A stretch of DNA of 64,000 nt from Octopus sinensis (Eukaryota): contig NC_042997.1 in NCBI RefSeq assembly GCF_006345805.1, positions 77,376,001-77,440,000 on the forward strand. The letters run 5' to 3'. A program made the position numbers and the translations under genes. The notes beneath the pieces are model-generated. The model saw only the letters and a list, made by a program, of their open reading frames with translations. It was not told the origin of the DNA and did not search any database. Positions 43,240 through 56,303 of this stretch are shown piece after piece (position 1 is the stretch's first letter; each line of letters opens with the position of its first letter).

Positions 43240-43247
43240 ATATATTT

Positions 43248-43468
43248 GAGGTGGCGAGCTAGTAGAAACGTTAGCGCGCCGGGCGAAATGCTTAGCGATA
43301 TTTCGTCTGTTGTTACGTTCTGAGTTCAAATTCCGCCGATGTCGACTTTTATCGGGGCCGATAAATAAAGTACCAGTTTCGCACAGGGATCGAAGTAACC
43401 GACTTAATCCCTTTGTCTGTCCTTGTTTGTTCCCTCTATGTTTAGCCCCTTGTGGGCAGTAAAGAAAT
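43248..43468 (+). mobile_element. tRNA-derived SINE family E
   Basis: GGCGAGCTAGTAGAAACGTTAG...GAGTTCAAATTCCGCC; fragments also near 2200-2350 and 19280-19460(-). Confidence 0.7.
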
Positions 43469-43758
43469 ATATATATAAGTTCAGAAAAATTTAGATTTAG
43501 TTGAATATGGTATTTAAGTTAAAGGCACCAGAATTTAATATGGTATTATCCATATAATATATATATATATATATATATTAATATATATATATATAGTCTA
43601 CGACGGAAGTAAATCTTCCTGATTTTCTTCTTAAAACAATTTAGCCGCCAATTGTTGAGTGCTTTCCTGTGGCTTGTGTTATCTCCTAGCTTACTATATA
43701 TATTACGGAGATGTACTCGCATAGCAAGTGATTTGATCTGAGATCGTGTGCTGAAACG

Positions 43759-43909
43759 AAAACAATTGCAGCGTGGAAGGTGTTTGTAAGCCATTTAAGA
43801 AACACACAAAAGCCGTTCGCTTTATTAAACTTAAATGTTGAAGTGAATCGAACGGCTTTTGTGTGTTTCTTAAATGGCTTACAAACACCTTCCACGCTGC
43901 AATTGTTTT
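43759..43909. repeat. Perfect 61-bp inverted repeat with 29-nt spacer
   Basis: 43759-43819 is the exact reverse complement of 43849-43909. Confidence 0.95.
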
Positions 43910-44033
43910 ATATATATATACACACACACACACATACAGTAATAAGTATATATATATATATATAAATATATATATATATAATATATATATATATATGTAT
44001 GTATGTACATATGTACGTATAAAATTACGTGTA

Positions 44034-44096
<63 letters not shown>

Positions 44097-44684
44097 ATTC
44101 GTATATATTAGGTTAACGTACATAATATATGCATCTATATATAAACACAAACGTTATATATATGTACCAGCTTCCGCTTTTATAATCCAATGTTAACACA
44201 ATTAGAAAACTGAAAATAGGAGCTTAATGCTATTCGCTATTTATTGTTATCTAAATGATTCCGCTATTTTATTTTAAAAGATTAAGAAACTTCATGAAAT
44301 TGTAGAGGTAGTTCATATGCTCTAGTCCTAATTTGTAAACTCAAATGTCAGCAAAACATATTCTGTTCATAAGGATGTATGTAGGATATGCCTACGTGTA
44401 GGGTGAGTATACTATAATGAAAAATATTATATCACAAAAGTATTTCAAATATCACTCAATACACAAATGTATGATTATAATTAAAGGGAAGAGTAAAAAC
44501 TAACAGATTGACGTGTACGTTTTAAAATCGGGGATCGCTATCGAATTTAATCTATTAATATATTGATCCCCCAATTAACGACATAGTCGAGATGTTTTTT
44601 TTCTCTCTTCTTATTTCCTCTTCCCATGAGACAACCATAAAATAAAATGTATAATGAAAATTATTTAATTCGGACGAATCATAC

Positions 44685-44795
44685 CTCAAGTTTTAAACGA
44701 TGAATCCTACCATCAACCGAAGACAATACCAAATATAGAATAAATATTGGTAGCAAATCCACAGGAAAACATCTTATCTTCGCAGATACCGACAT
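44685..44795 (-). CDS. GPR107: GPR107 coding exon 1 (signal peptide)
   Basis: Reverse complement reads ATG...MSVSAKIRCFPVDLLPIFILYLVLSSVDGRIHRLKLE then GTATGA donor; 111 nt, phase 0. A hydrophobic signal peptide followed by GRIHRLKL matches the GRVHHLAL start of vertebrate GPR107. Not in the ORF track. Confidence 0.9.
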
Positions 44796-44973
44796 GTTGC
44801 TAATGACGTCTGCTACGAACCGATTAAGATACAAAGGCTGTGATTGGTCGAAACTAAGAAATTCTCAAATGAAAAGTCGAGTTATATGAAAAAGTCGGAA
44901 GTCGTGAAGAAAGATAACTTTTGACGCCTTTTAAAACTCCAACTCGTCCATATTTTTATATTTCACCTTCTGA
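44796..44973. promoter_or_regulatory. Bidirectional promoter and 5'UTRs between GPR107 and SETD3
   Basis: 178 bp between divergent ATGs; CpG-enriched for this genome; TGACGTC (CRE-like) at 44804-44810, ATTGG (CCAAT box) at 44843-44847, CGGAAGT (ETS/GABP-like) at 44896-44902. Confidence 0.7.
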
Positions 44974-45713
44974 ATGGGGAAAAAGAATAGAAAGCCTGTC
45001 TCACAGGCACAGTCTTCAGGAGTTCCATGTCTTGACAGAAGTACAAAAAAAGATATTTTAGAATTATGCAACCAGCTTCTAGAAAAGTGCACTCGTTCGA
45101 ATGGTGCTGGACCCAAAGATTGGGATGAGTTTATGGAGATATTTAACTTAGTTGAAAAAATCCGTGAAAAACAAAAACATTTGGTTAGTGTTAGTCAAAA
45201 GACAAGTCGAGAGTGGAGCTCATTTCTACAATGGCTTCAAGAAAACAATGTAGATACTTCTCGTGTGACAACAGACGAATTTCCTGTCTACGGGTTTGGG
45301 TTGAGAGCAACTCAGAATCTAAAAGAAGGGGATCTGTTTTTATCCGTTCCACGAAAATTGATGATCAGTACAGAGACAGCAAGCCGATCGCAAATTGGTT
45401 TCCTGATTGAAGAGGATAAATTACTTCAGAGTATGCCTAATGTTGTACTTGCTATTCATTTGTTGAGTGAATCCAAGAATTCGGATTCATTCTGGTATCC
45501 ATACATCAGCTGCTTGCCTAAAAACTACAATACGACACTATATTTTAATCCTGAAGAACTTAAACTGTTGAAAGGTTCTCCTGTGTTGACAGAAGCATTT
45601 AATCACTACCAAAGAATCGCCCGTCAGTATGCCTATTTCTACAAACTTTTTCAAAACAACCATTATGCACAAAAATTTCCATTGCGGGAGGGTTTCACTT
45701 ACGATGATTACAG
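44974..45713 (+). CDS. SETD3: SETD3 actin-histidine N-methyltransferase, coding exon 1
   Basis: MGKKNRK...EKIREKQK...GFGLRAT...FWYPYISCLP...ARQYAYFYK...FTYDDY+AG|gtatgg; 740 nt; colinear with human SETD3 (MGKKSR...TYEDYR). Confidence 0.96.
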
Positions 45714-48464
45714 GTATGGTATCATCTAATTAATTTGTTTATGTCAATGGAAGTAAATATTTTCGATGGATTTGGCATTTTCAACTTTACCTTATATTAC
45801 CTTTTCCGGCAATCTTTCGGTAAAAGTCTATGATATCATGAGGGAGTGTAACATTGCCTATCATCTGCTCGACAGAGCCGAGCAGTCAAACACATATGCA
45901 CACCCACTCCCCCATGATTGACATACACTAATACCGAAACAGGGCTCTCTTTTTTTTAGTTTTGGTGGGAGTTTTCTTTGCAGGGTGGACAACACAAGGC
46001 AAAAGTGAAAACTATTCCTAAAGAAGTTTGTTTACATTTTGTAGAACTTTTTGAAAAACATCAATACATGTTAGAATGAGAAAAACGAAGAGGTAGTTGT
46101 GGGATGTGCAGTTAAATTGCCCTTAAATCACACAAGCATTTTTTTTTCTTTTGCATAATCGTATGAATTCTTGTTTATAGAACACAAATTCAGAAAGATT
46201 TTCTGAAAATTCCAAAAAATAAAAAAAAGGTTATGAGGGGTTATAATTTTGCCATCATATATATATATATATAAATTAGTAACTCAAGAAAAAACATGGG
46301 TTTGATAGATCTTGGCCGATGCTATGGTAAAGATTGTCATAAAAAAAATATTTATCAGGAAAGGGTTTTTTTTTTTTTTGAGAACAGTAAATTGAATGGA
46401 AGAAATAGAGGTGGTTTACATATATTCAGACGGTTTTTTTAATCTTTGTTTTGATATACAAGGTAATAAAGGAGGAAACACCAAAACGACTAGTAGTATA
46501 TGAGCAATACCAGATAAGGTATCATTCAAAAATGTTAAGAAGTGACTTCTACATTACAGAGAAACTTCATATGACTACTACAATATATAAAACAGATGAA
46601 ATTAATTCCGATCTGGAACTTCATATCCAACGTCCTTTTCTGAAATTTTAAAACGAGCTCACTTAATGCATGATTAATATCAACCAACAACTTACACCCC
46701 CATGAGTATTCGAAAGTGCTGCACATGCAACTGAAACCGTTAGAAAGAACCCTTCACAGGTTCCAGTCAAAGGCTGTGATCATACTGGGGGGTTTCTCCT
46801 TAGCATTACTAGTTTTTATTTCACCCTCTTTCTTTCTCTCAAACTCTTTATACAGGGGTGGTGAGTTAGGCAGAGCTGTTCATTATATTTCATGCTGTGA
46901 CATGAGTTATAAATTTGTCTAAATATATCTACTCCTCACATATCTCTGAGGTTATCTATATGTGGATCTTATCGGTTTGGCTGCCAGCATTTTAAAAATT
47001 AAAGTTTAATGAAAATTTTAAAATTTGGCACAGTAATACATTTGCTCAAACTGAATTGCTGGAGTTATTTCATTTTTTCCAGAAAAATATTTTAAAAAGT
47101 TATAGAAGTTTAAAGTTTGATCATTTTCACTCAGTCAGGAAACAGGATTTAGAAGCTGTCATTTTTTCGTCAATATCCTGAAAATAGCACGTGTTATGTC
47201 TGGTAATTTTCTTTCATGTAAATAAACGTTTATGTTAATTTAAAAGAATTTTATTTAGCTGTTATTTTTAGCTCACAACACAACCACCTCAATGCTCAAC
47301 GTCAAAAAGAAACGAGTAAACAAACATTTAAGCATTCAATATGCATTTAATGCAAATGCGATAAACACATTACAAGTTTTAACAGAAAGATTTGGAACGA
47401 TTAGATGAAAGTTCTCGAGTAATTTTCTTTCATGTAAATAAATGTGGTATTTTGTGGTTATCTCACCCCCATTAAAAAATTGGGTTATCTCCCTTGTTTC
47501 ACGAGAAATATCGGTACTTTTGGTCAGCACCTTCAACTAAAAGAATTAACTCAATGAAAACTGGAGAAATTGATAAGCAAGATAACTGAAAAAAAAATTA
47601 ATACACATGAAAACTGAAAAAATTAAATATCCTATTGAATCTAATAACATTTTTATAACAAATCATACCATGCCTGTTGAGGGAGCCAATTGTCAACATG
47701 TCATATTAGCTCGATTTTTTAGTGGGGAGATAACCCAGTGCCATAAATGTTTATGTTGATTTATGTTGATTATGTTTGTCAGCAAAATCTTATAAAATGA
47801 CAATGTTTCAAAAGATGTACATGTTTATATGTTATATATGAAAATAAGAGTGAACTAATTATGTTTAAAAAACAAACATTTAACTTTCGGGTTTTAATTT
47901 TAAAAATATCCTCCTCTGTTTTCAATGTTTCCATAATAGAAACAAAGTTACTGCAGCTTGCTGCCATAAGCACGCAGAAAACAGCATCAAATCTGTCGAC
48001 ACGTTCTTCCTCGCAGATAAAAGACTTTTCAAGGACTGCTTGAATTCACTTGTTTCTATAGCAACAGGCATGATGAGAAAAAAAAAGAGTTCTCATGTTC
48101 CAGTTGCTTACCATTGGCTAAAATTACCAAATTTTCTAACTTTAATTGCTAATAACTCTATTTATTGATTTCTAGCAAAAATTACTTTCATGTCATTAAT
48201 TAGCCTATAATCTTTGCAGTTGTAGACATTAGAGAGGCACTTTATCAGACTTCCATTAAAGGCGTGTGTCGGATCTTTTCATTTTGAAAGCCAGATTTAG
48301 TTTTTTTGACAAAAATGTATTTTATAAGTTTAAATGTAGTTTAAATCTGCGAATTTTAACCAATCGTATTGTCTGTTTTCATTTGAAATTATTAGCTGCA
48401 TAGTGTTACTGTGACGTAGACAGCTATTTTGTGAGTGGGTAAGCAGTAAGCAAACAGCTGTGGT

Positions 48465-48765
48465 AGATGTGGTTATCATGGCAGTGGTGGTGGTGGCGGC
48501 AGTGGATGATGATGATGATGATGATAGTAGTAGTAGCATTGATTATGTTAGGATGTCTCATGGATGGTAGTGTTGAAGACATTGCAGAGTGTAGTGGTGG
48601 TGAAATTGGTGATTTTGAATATGATGCTGGTATTGGTCTTGGGATTGTGGTTGCAGAAGATGGGTGTGGTGGTGGCATTGGAGGTTGTAGTAATGGTTGT
48701 AGTGGTGGTTGTGAAGATGATTCTGATATTGATAGTCTTTGCATTGAGGTGGTGGCAGAGTCAGA
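48465..48765. repeat. Low-complexity (GGT/GAT)n-rich tract in the SETD3 intron
   Basis: Degenerate trinucleotide repeats. Confidence 0.8.
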
Positions 48766-49745
48766 GTAAATAATAAGAGCCCAGTTAACACAAGATTCTT
48801 AAATTTCGGAGATCATACGATAGAGAGCAAGAAGTTAAAAGTTCCAATACTGGCCCAATTCCTACACCCCAGATTCTTCAACTATTTTATAAGAAAGAGG
48901 TTAATGGCAGGATAGGGATTCAGCTTAAAAATAAATTGTATAACAAAAAATACATAAATAAATTACTGCTCCAACGATGTAATTTTAGTATGTGTGTATG
49001 TATGTATGTGTGTGTGTGTAAGCAATGCAAACAATGGAAAATAATTTAAACACTCATTTTATATATACTAAGACTTTCAAAAAGAATTTAGCTATTTAGG
49101 ATCTGCACAAATTTTATATATACTCCACGAAGTTTGAAAGTGTTTAGTTACGATAAGCGGATGTTTACATTTTATGTTTACGTTAACTACGTCACAAAAT
49201 AGCTGTTTACTTCACAGTAACAATATTTTGAGAGGCAGTAAATGATATGAAGTCGAAAGAAAGAATATCATTGGTTAAAATTCGAATTATTAAACAACGT
49301 TAAACTTAGAAATTACAATTCCGTTTTCATTTTGGTTTACAATTATGTTTTCATTTGACACATTCTACCAGTATATGAAGTTTCAAATTGTTTAGTTAAC
49401 TAGGAAAATCTGGCTTTCAAAATGAAAAGATCCTGTGTGTCTTCCAGACCTTGTGTTTTGGCTTATATCATGAGGAAACAAAAAATAAGTAAAAGTGTGG
49501 TTATGGGATGAGTAAGTAGGGTAGAGATTATGGGTGGGGGGAATCAAGAGGAAGAATGCGAAGAAGACTGAAGTGGAGGAGGTGCAGCAGCAGAACCTAA
49601 ACAACATAAATAAGTTAGGTAAGGCCAAATATAACAAATCAGTTTATCTGGACATCGGCTAGTGGTCAGTTAATACAACAATTCTACTGATACCAAATTT
49701 CATTTGATGGGTGAAAATTTATATATATTATTTATGTGTGTGTGA

Positions 49746-50076
49746 AGGCACATTTCTCTGCGGATAGAGCATTGGGCTCAAAATCATGAGGTAGTGAGTT
49801 CAATTCCCAGATCGGGCTGTATTGTGTTCTTGAGCAAGACACTTTATTTCACATTGCTCCAGTTCACTCAACTGTAAAAATGAGTTGCGATGTCACTAGT
49901 GCCAAGCTGTATTGGCCTTTACCTTTTCCTTAGATAACATCAGTTGCATGGAAAGGGGAGGCTGAGATGCATGGGCAACTGCCTGGTCTTCCATAAACAA
50001 CCTTGCCTGGACTTGTAGCTTGGAGGGGGACTGTCTAGGTGCAATCCCATGGTCATACGTGACCAAAGGCAGTCTT
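49746..50076 (+). mobile_element. SINE family B
   Basis: Colinear with 20400-20722. Confidence 0.78.
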
Positions 50077-50269
50077 TGTGTGTGTGTATATGTATTTATA
50101 TATGTATACATATATATATCACTAGCATTATGATAGCCGGATCATAGTGCTAGTGCATGTATATATATATGTGTACATGTTACATGTACATCTATATATA
50201 TATACATCTACACATAAAATACAAAGTTATATCTTGATATCGCTAGTGATAACAATACTCAAAATATAT

Positions 50270-51060
50270 AACAGACTGGAATTGTAGGCCCATCTCTTGC
50301 AATTTCGATCAATTGTATCTTGTCCTCCCTCTTGTATAGAAGTGTGGCTACAATCCAACCTACCTCTACTTCTGGGGAAACATTTTAAATTTTTATCCGG
50401 GACGTCCTACGTCCCAGATATAAAGGTGAAAATAAAATATTTCCACTTTGCAAGGTTCGAGTCGAGTACTCCCTTGCACGCTCCGTTGACTCAAACCTTG
50501 CTTCTATTGTGGCGAATTTACCGCCTCTGGTTAGATATCTTTCATAGTCGCACCAAGAAACTTTTTGATGGTGCTTTCCTCCAGGTGTTCAAATCTATTT
50601 TTCCTCTACATTGTATACTTTATAGACAATAGTCTATTCTTTAATTTAATTTATTTCGTTTGGTGGTGTTATCCTAGATTCACCGTCTTTGTCGGTGATC
50701 AATCCGAAATAGGTTTGTATTTCTTCCATTTTAATTTTCATGAGTTTGCTGCCTGCCGACGGCTGCAGCGAAATTCATTTTTGGACTTTCTTCTATCGAA
50801 GGCATTCTAACAAAAGTGCTTCCATGTAAACGGTGAAAATATTGTCAATTTCCCCAAACAGGGACACAATTCAATTTTTAAACAATAACCAAAGCTCCTT
50901 CTCCCAAAGGGGGAGGGTTACAGTTTACAATTATTTAACAAATGCAACACAACAACATTTCCCTTATGAGGAACCAACAAACGTGATAACAATAGTTAAA
51001 GAGTAATAATAATAACAACAAACCTTACTGTGAATCAAAAGGCAGTACGCAGTTGAAGCT
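50270..51060 (-). mobile_element. Tx1/L1-type LINE ORF1 N-terminal relic (same family as 15110-15780), in the SETD3 intron
   Basis: Minus frame ARFESTERAREYST...YLGRRTSRIKI*NVSPEVEVGWIVATLL aligns with the RVRIGRVPPEIDETxLVAAIL segment at 15.7 kb. Confidence 0.55.
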
Positions 51061-52239
51061 ATAGTCCTTTATGTATAATAGTCCATCTTGACTATTCCAT
51101 TTCTGCATGCTAATTTTATTTTTAATTTATTCCCATTCATGTGAAACCACTTATTCAAGTTTAAGTCATTGGTGCAATTTTATACCAATTGCTATTTTTA
51201 CTTTTGTTATGTTACGATTATATTATACTTTAGTTTGATTTTAATTATTACTTACTACATATAATTCAATTGTTATTATTATCTCTAATTTTTATTGTTA
51301 AAGTGAAAGTATCTGACATAAAATAGAGAAATGTTTTTGTTTCACTTTTAACAGGTAATACTGAAATAGTGGAGAAGATATGATATTGCTATGGACTCGC
51401 CCTAGGCAAGAAGTTGAACATTTTTTTTGCCCATGAAACTACATGGACCCTGTGTAAAATTTGAATGAAATTGGTTGTGTAGTTCTCAAGTTTTAGGGAA
51501 ACACACAGACAGACATTCTCAGTTTTATATGTATAGATTGCTATTATGCAAAAGTGTCGTAAGTCCAAAACATTGCTTTTTCAGAAAAGGAAAAAATAGT
51601 TTAACCATTCCTTAGTAAAACCATTGTACTACACTTTGACAATTTTCTTATCTTGACATCTGAAGCAGCTAGAGATACAGTAGTTTCACCAAAAGAACTG
51701 GCTATAGCAAGCAAAAATAAATATTGAAAAAAAAACGCATTGGCCAAATTTGGACATACAACAGTTTAACATAATAGGAGCAATATGTATGTATGTATGT
51801 GGCCACAATCCTTTAGTAGAAAATAATAATAAAAAATATATATATATATGTATGCATATATCATCATTTAACATCCAATTTTCATTCTGACATGGGCTGA
51901 ATGGTCTGACTAAAAACTGATAAGCTGGGGAGCTACACCAGGTTCCAATCTGATTTGGTATGGTTGCTACAGTTTGATGCCCTTCGTAACACCAACCACC
52001 TCATGAGTTTAGTGGGTGCTTTTTATGTGCTACTGGCATAGCAACATAATTGTGAATTGTCACCAGAATAAACATGTCTTAGAGAAGAGTGATTGCAGAA
52101 GTAGAAAATTGCTGGACCAGGTTTTGAAAGGTACAGAGTTATAGTTCAACTAATTAGGAAGAAAGTTAGACTAGATGTGATGTAGTGTAGTTTTGTGTTA
52201 GGAAGAAGTATTACTGATACTCTCTTTCTAAGGCATCTA

Positions 52240-52730
52240 CAGGAAAAGTATTTAGCCAAAAGTAAACATATGTACTTGGCTTTCATGAACTTGGAGAAAG
52301 CTTCTGACAGGGTCCCTCACTTCCTAACTGTGGAAGTTAGGAGTAGAAAATGATTGATAAGAGTCATTCAAATCATGTCCAGGAATACTGTCAGTACAAT
52401 GGCTCTCAGTCCCTTCCTATTTATCATTGTTCTCCAGCCCATAACAGAGTAGTTTAAGACCAGTTTCCTGTGGGAACTCCTCTATGCAAATAACCTTCTT
52501 ATAGCTGAATTTGTTATAGAATTAGAAAAGAAATTCCAGGTGTGAGAACAAAACCTGGAAATAAAGGTCCTTAAAGTTAAATTTAGAAATGACCAAAATT
52601 CCAGTCAGCAAGAAATCAGACAGTTTCCTAATTCCTTTAGGAAAGTAGCCCAGATCACTAAGCAGAGATGTAGGCAGTAATTCCACATGATGTATGCAGT
52701 GCAACACTATGAACACACAAGAGGTGCAGT
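52240..52730 (+). mobile_element. Degenerate RTE RT fragment
   Basis: Aligns by eye with 7640-8180 (LEKASDRVP, WELLYANNL). Confidence 0.7.
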
Positions 52731-53294
52731 GAAATCATTGGGTGGGCGTTTGCAATGGAAATAAATAATTGTTGGGTCAAACAAAATTAATTTGCAGTAT
52801 TTAATTTTGTCTGAGTTATTTCCCTTTACATTAAGGTTGACTTGGTAAAAAAAGATGCTCTGAACATTACTATTACTAGGGTCAATATTATCAACTACAA
52901 CTCTTGTGGATGGTGCCACAGTCCAATGACTAAAACATGTTAGAAGAAAATAAATATATGTGTAGTTATATATTTGTAAGCAGACGTTTTCATACATATT
53001 TTAAACGTGTGTTTAATAAATCTTAGATTTTATCTCCCTCATTATTTTCTTTCTCAATTTAAACATGGAATTTCTTTTATTATATATGTTATTTCAGCCT
53101 TGAACTGCTTAAACCCAAATTTTCCCTGAATATGATAACATTTTATTGAACTCTTCTTTTTTCATTGTGTTAAGTACTCTTCTTCATTTATTTTTATATC
53201 AATTTTTTCCCTGTTTATTGATTGTAAGATGGGTTTTTGTATGTGCTTTTTCATCATCTGACCTACTCTATGATATTATACTTTTATATTTCAG

Positions 53295-54039
53295 ATGGGC
53301 AGTGAGTACAGTAATGACACGGCAGAATCAAATTCCTTCATCTAATGGAAATCAGATGATAAATGCTTTGATACCTTTTTGGGATATGTGCAATCACTGT
53401 AATGGGCAGTTGTCAACAGATTTTGATTTGGTTGAAAATTGTGGAAAATGTTATGCTATGGTAAATTTTCAAAAAGAAGAGCAGATTTTTATTTTTTATG
53501 GCCCTCGTTCAAATTCAGAATTACTAATACACAATGGTTTTGTTTATATGGAGAATTTATTTGATACCCTTACCATTAAATTAGGCATCAGTAAAAGTGA
53601 TCCATTGTATGCTCTTAAAAGTGAGGTGTTAGCTCGGCTATCAATGTTGCCTTCCAAAAGCTTCCAATTGAATGCAGGATCTAAGCCTGTCTCCAGGGAA
53701 TTGTTATCTTTCTTACGTGTCATCTGCATGAATCAAGAAAATCTCCAGGAAAGATTTACCGGAGAAAATGCTGCCGATTTGCTGTCTCAGATGGGCAATG
53801 AAGAAGTTATAGTTTCTCAAGAAAATGAAATGAAAGTGTGGCAATTCATTGCCACCAGGGTTCAATTATTGCTTAAAACTTACACTACATCCCTTGAAAC
53901 GGATGAACACTTAGATAACAACGAATTGAGTGAAAGGGCAAAGCTTTCACTCCAGATGGTCATGTGTGAGAAAAGGATTCTGAATAGCACTTTGGATTAT
54001 GCTAAAAGTAAAAAGCTAAGTTTATCAACAGCTGAATAA
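53295..54039 (+). CDS. SETD3: SETD3 coding exon 2 (SET C-terminal part and Rubisco-LSMT substrate-binding domain) to stop
   Basis: ttttatatttcag|A+WAVSTVMTRQNQIP...LIPFWDMCNH...IFIFYGPRSN...KLGISKSDPLY; stop TAA at 54037-54039, overlapping an AATAAA at 54035-54040. Spliced product is 494 aa. Confidence 0.96.
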
Positions 54040-54449
54040 ATCTCCAATTTTTTGTTTTTTAATTGGGAGTGCAGGGACGAAAATATATTTTTATCAAAGC
54101 CTTACATTACATTTTTATGCTTTTGGAATTTCTTACTAAAGCAGAATTTTACTGAATCTTCAACTTTACTGTTTACATCCAATTCTCAATGCTAGCATTT
54201 GTAGGATCATTTTTATAGATTCAGTCATTTGCATATTGATGCAACTAGCATTTCTACAGTTAAGTGGCCCCTCAACCTATCTTCAACTAATCAGTGTAGG
54301 TGTTCCAACCATAATATTTACATGTGCATACATGCAATTTCTCTTGGGATTTAACAATTGTATAGCAGCAACTTATAACTACCTGCACTTCTGACTATTA
54401 TATTCAGGATGCACACATATCACAACTACCTTCAAAGCCCCTAAAAATT

Positions 54450-55700
54450 TACTTTACCAAAAATGTCATGCAAAAGGAAGATCTTTCATTTACCAGTATG
54501 AGCCAGTATATAGTTGTTGCAGTGGTAGGAGTAAATGTTATGATATGATTTACAGGTGTTTCATTCAATAATTTCCCTTATTATTATTAAAGACAAGGAA
54601 AGGGTTTTAAATACAGCAAATATAATAAAGAAACAATACGGACTTGTCAACAAAATGAAGGAATTATTGGTGCTCTGGATTAAAGACAGTATATACCCAA
54701 AAGCCTTACTAACAAATCATAGTAAGGCACTAAGTATTTTTGAAGCTTTAAAGGAATGAATGAGAAAGGAATACAAAGAAGACTTTCAAGTCAGCAATGA
54801 TTTACAGAAAAAAATACAAAGAAAGAAAGACTTTCCATAATGTTCAAATAACAGGAGAAGCTGATGTTTATTAAATCTTTGAATTAATTCACCTAAATAG
54901 AGGAATTTTAGTAGGACAAATTTTCAGTATGATTGAAACTGGCTTATATTAGAAGAGGATCCCTGATTGAACATATATACACAAAGAGCAAAAAATCATA
55001 CCTGGATTTAAGACATTCTGTTACTAGAAGGGAATGTAGCTACAAACTTAAAAACTTTTCCTAATCTACCATTCTGTAAAGTGGTGTGCATTTAAAAATA
55101 TAAAAAATATACTGCCTCTCCACTATTAGTCAAACAAGTAAGCTTTGAAGACTGGTTTTCAAAATATTTTATTCCAAATGTATAAGAATGTTGCATTGAA
55201 AAAGAAATCTTATTCGAGATTATATTAACTTGCAACAATACACCTGAACTTCTGCCTCATTTACCAATTCTGTCCTTCAACAGATAAAGTCAGGGCTAAC
55301 AACAGCATTCAATCCACATTTGCCCAAGCTATTGCAAGATGGCAAGATTTGAGAGAGTACTAAAAAGTTATAACATTCTTCATTACACACAAAATATTGC
55401 AACAGCATGGAAGAGTGTAAGTTTAAAGATATAAAAGTAAATGGAAACAATATCTCAAATGCTGCATTCACTGGTTTTGATGAAGAGCTGGGTGGAATTA
55501 AAGAAAACATTGTGAAATTGGCCAAACAGTTCAGTTAGAAGTAGAGTTAGAGTATGGATCCAAAGAGCTGTCCAACAAGGATTTCATTGAATTAGGAGCT
55601 GAGAGAATTATAAAGAAACAAAGGAAGAGAAAAAGACAAAACGAGAAAAGGGCTGGTAGACATATTTCCCCATTTTAACGAAGGTCTTGCTCAGTTGGAA
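54450..55700 (+). mobile_element. Tigger/pogo-like transposase relic
   Basis: IISLIIIKDKERVL...MKELLVLWIKD; FHNVQITGE; QIFSMIETGLY. Heavily degraded; ends approximate. Confidence 0.6.
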
Positions 55701-56303
55701 ATAAAGGTTGAAACAAATATTAAAGGAGCAGTATGTTGTCATCAAGAAATATACAAAGAGAAAAACAAAAGATTCAAACAAGACTCGGTGCTTTTTTTCA
55801 AGAAAAAAACCTTCAACATCCTCATTCTCAACCCAAGAAGCAACACTCTTATCATCAATGCAGTACATCTTTAACTTATAAAGTTTACATGTTGGGTTTT
55901 GTTGTTGAACAGCCATTAAGTTTTGAGATTTGTAAATTTACTCCTACAACTGCTGTGATAAGCTGGCTACTTAAATTTTGCACTCTGTTGTGACAAGGAG
56001 TTTTACTGTTTTTAATTTATTTTCTTTTGTATGTGTAAATTGTGCACTTTTTTATGAATAATAAGATGTGTTTGACAAGCAATTCTTTTTCTTTTAATTT
56101 TCCCATTTTAAAATATACTATTTAATAAGTTCTGTATTATTTGTAAATTGTTTCGTTGTCATTTTTGTATATTATTTACATTATTTACATTTGGCAAATA
56201 TTTGTCCTCATCTTGTTTGTTGTTAACACGTTTCAGCTAATATATCCTCCAGCCTTCATCATGTGTCTTGGGGAAATTTCTAACCACTACGCCATATGCC
56301 CAT

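Noticed and set aside
48424-48791. Pro/His/Gln-rich or Val/Gly-rich ORFs in the SETD3 intron
   Set aside because: Degenerate trinucleotide low-complexity DNA with no recognisable domain or splice context.
53146-53294. 5' part of the 297-aa ORF as SETD3 coding sequence
   Set aside because: It is the pyrimidine-rich intron end upstream of the AG acceptor at 53293-53294; homology starts at WAVS.
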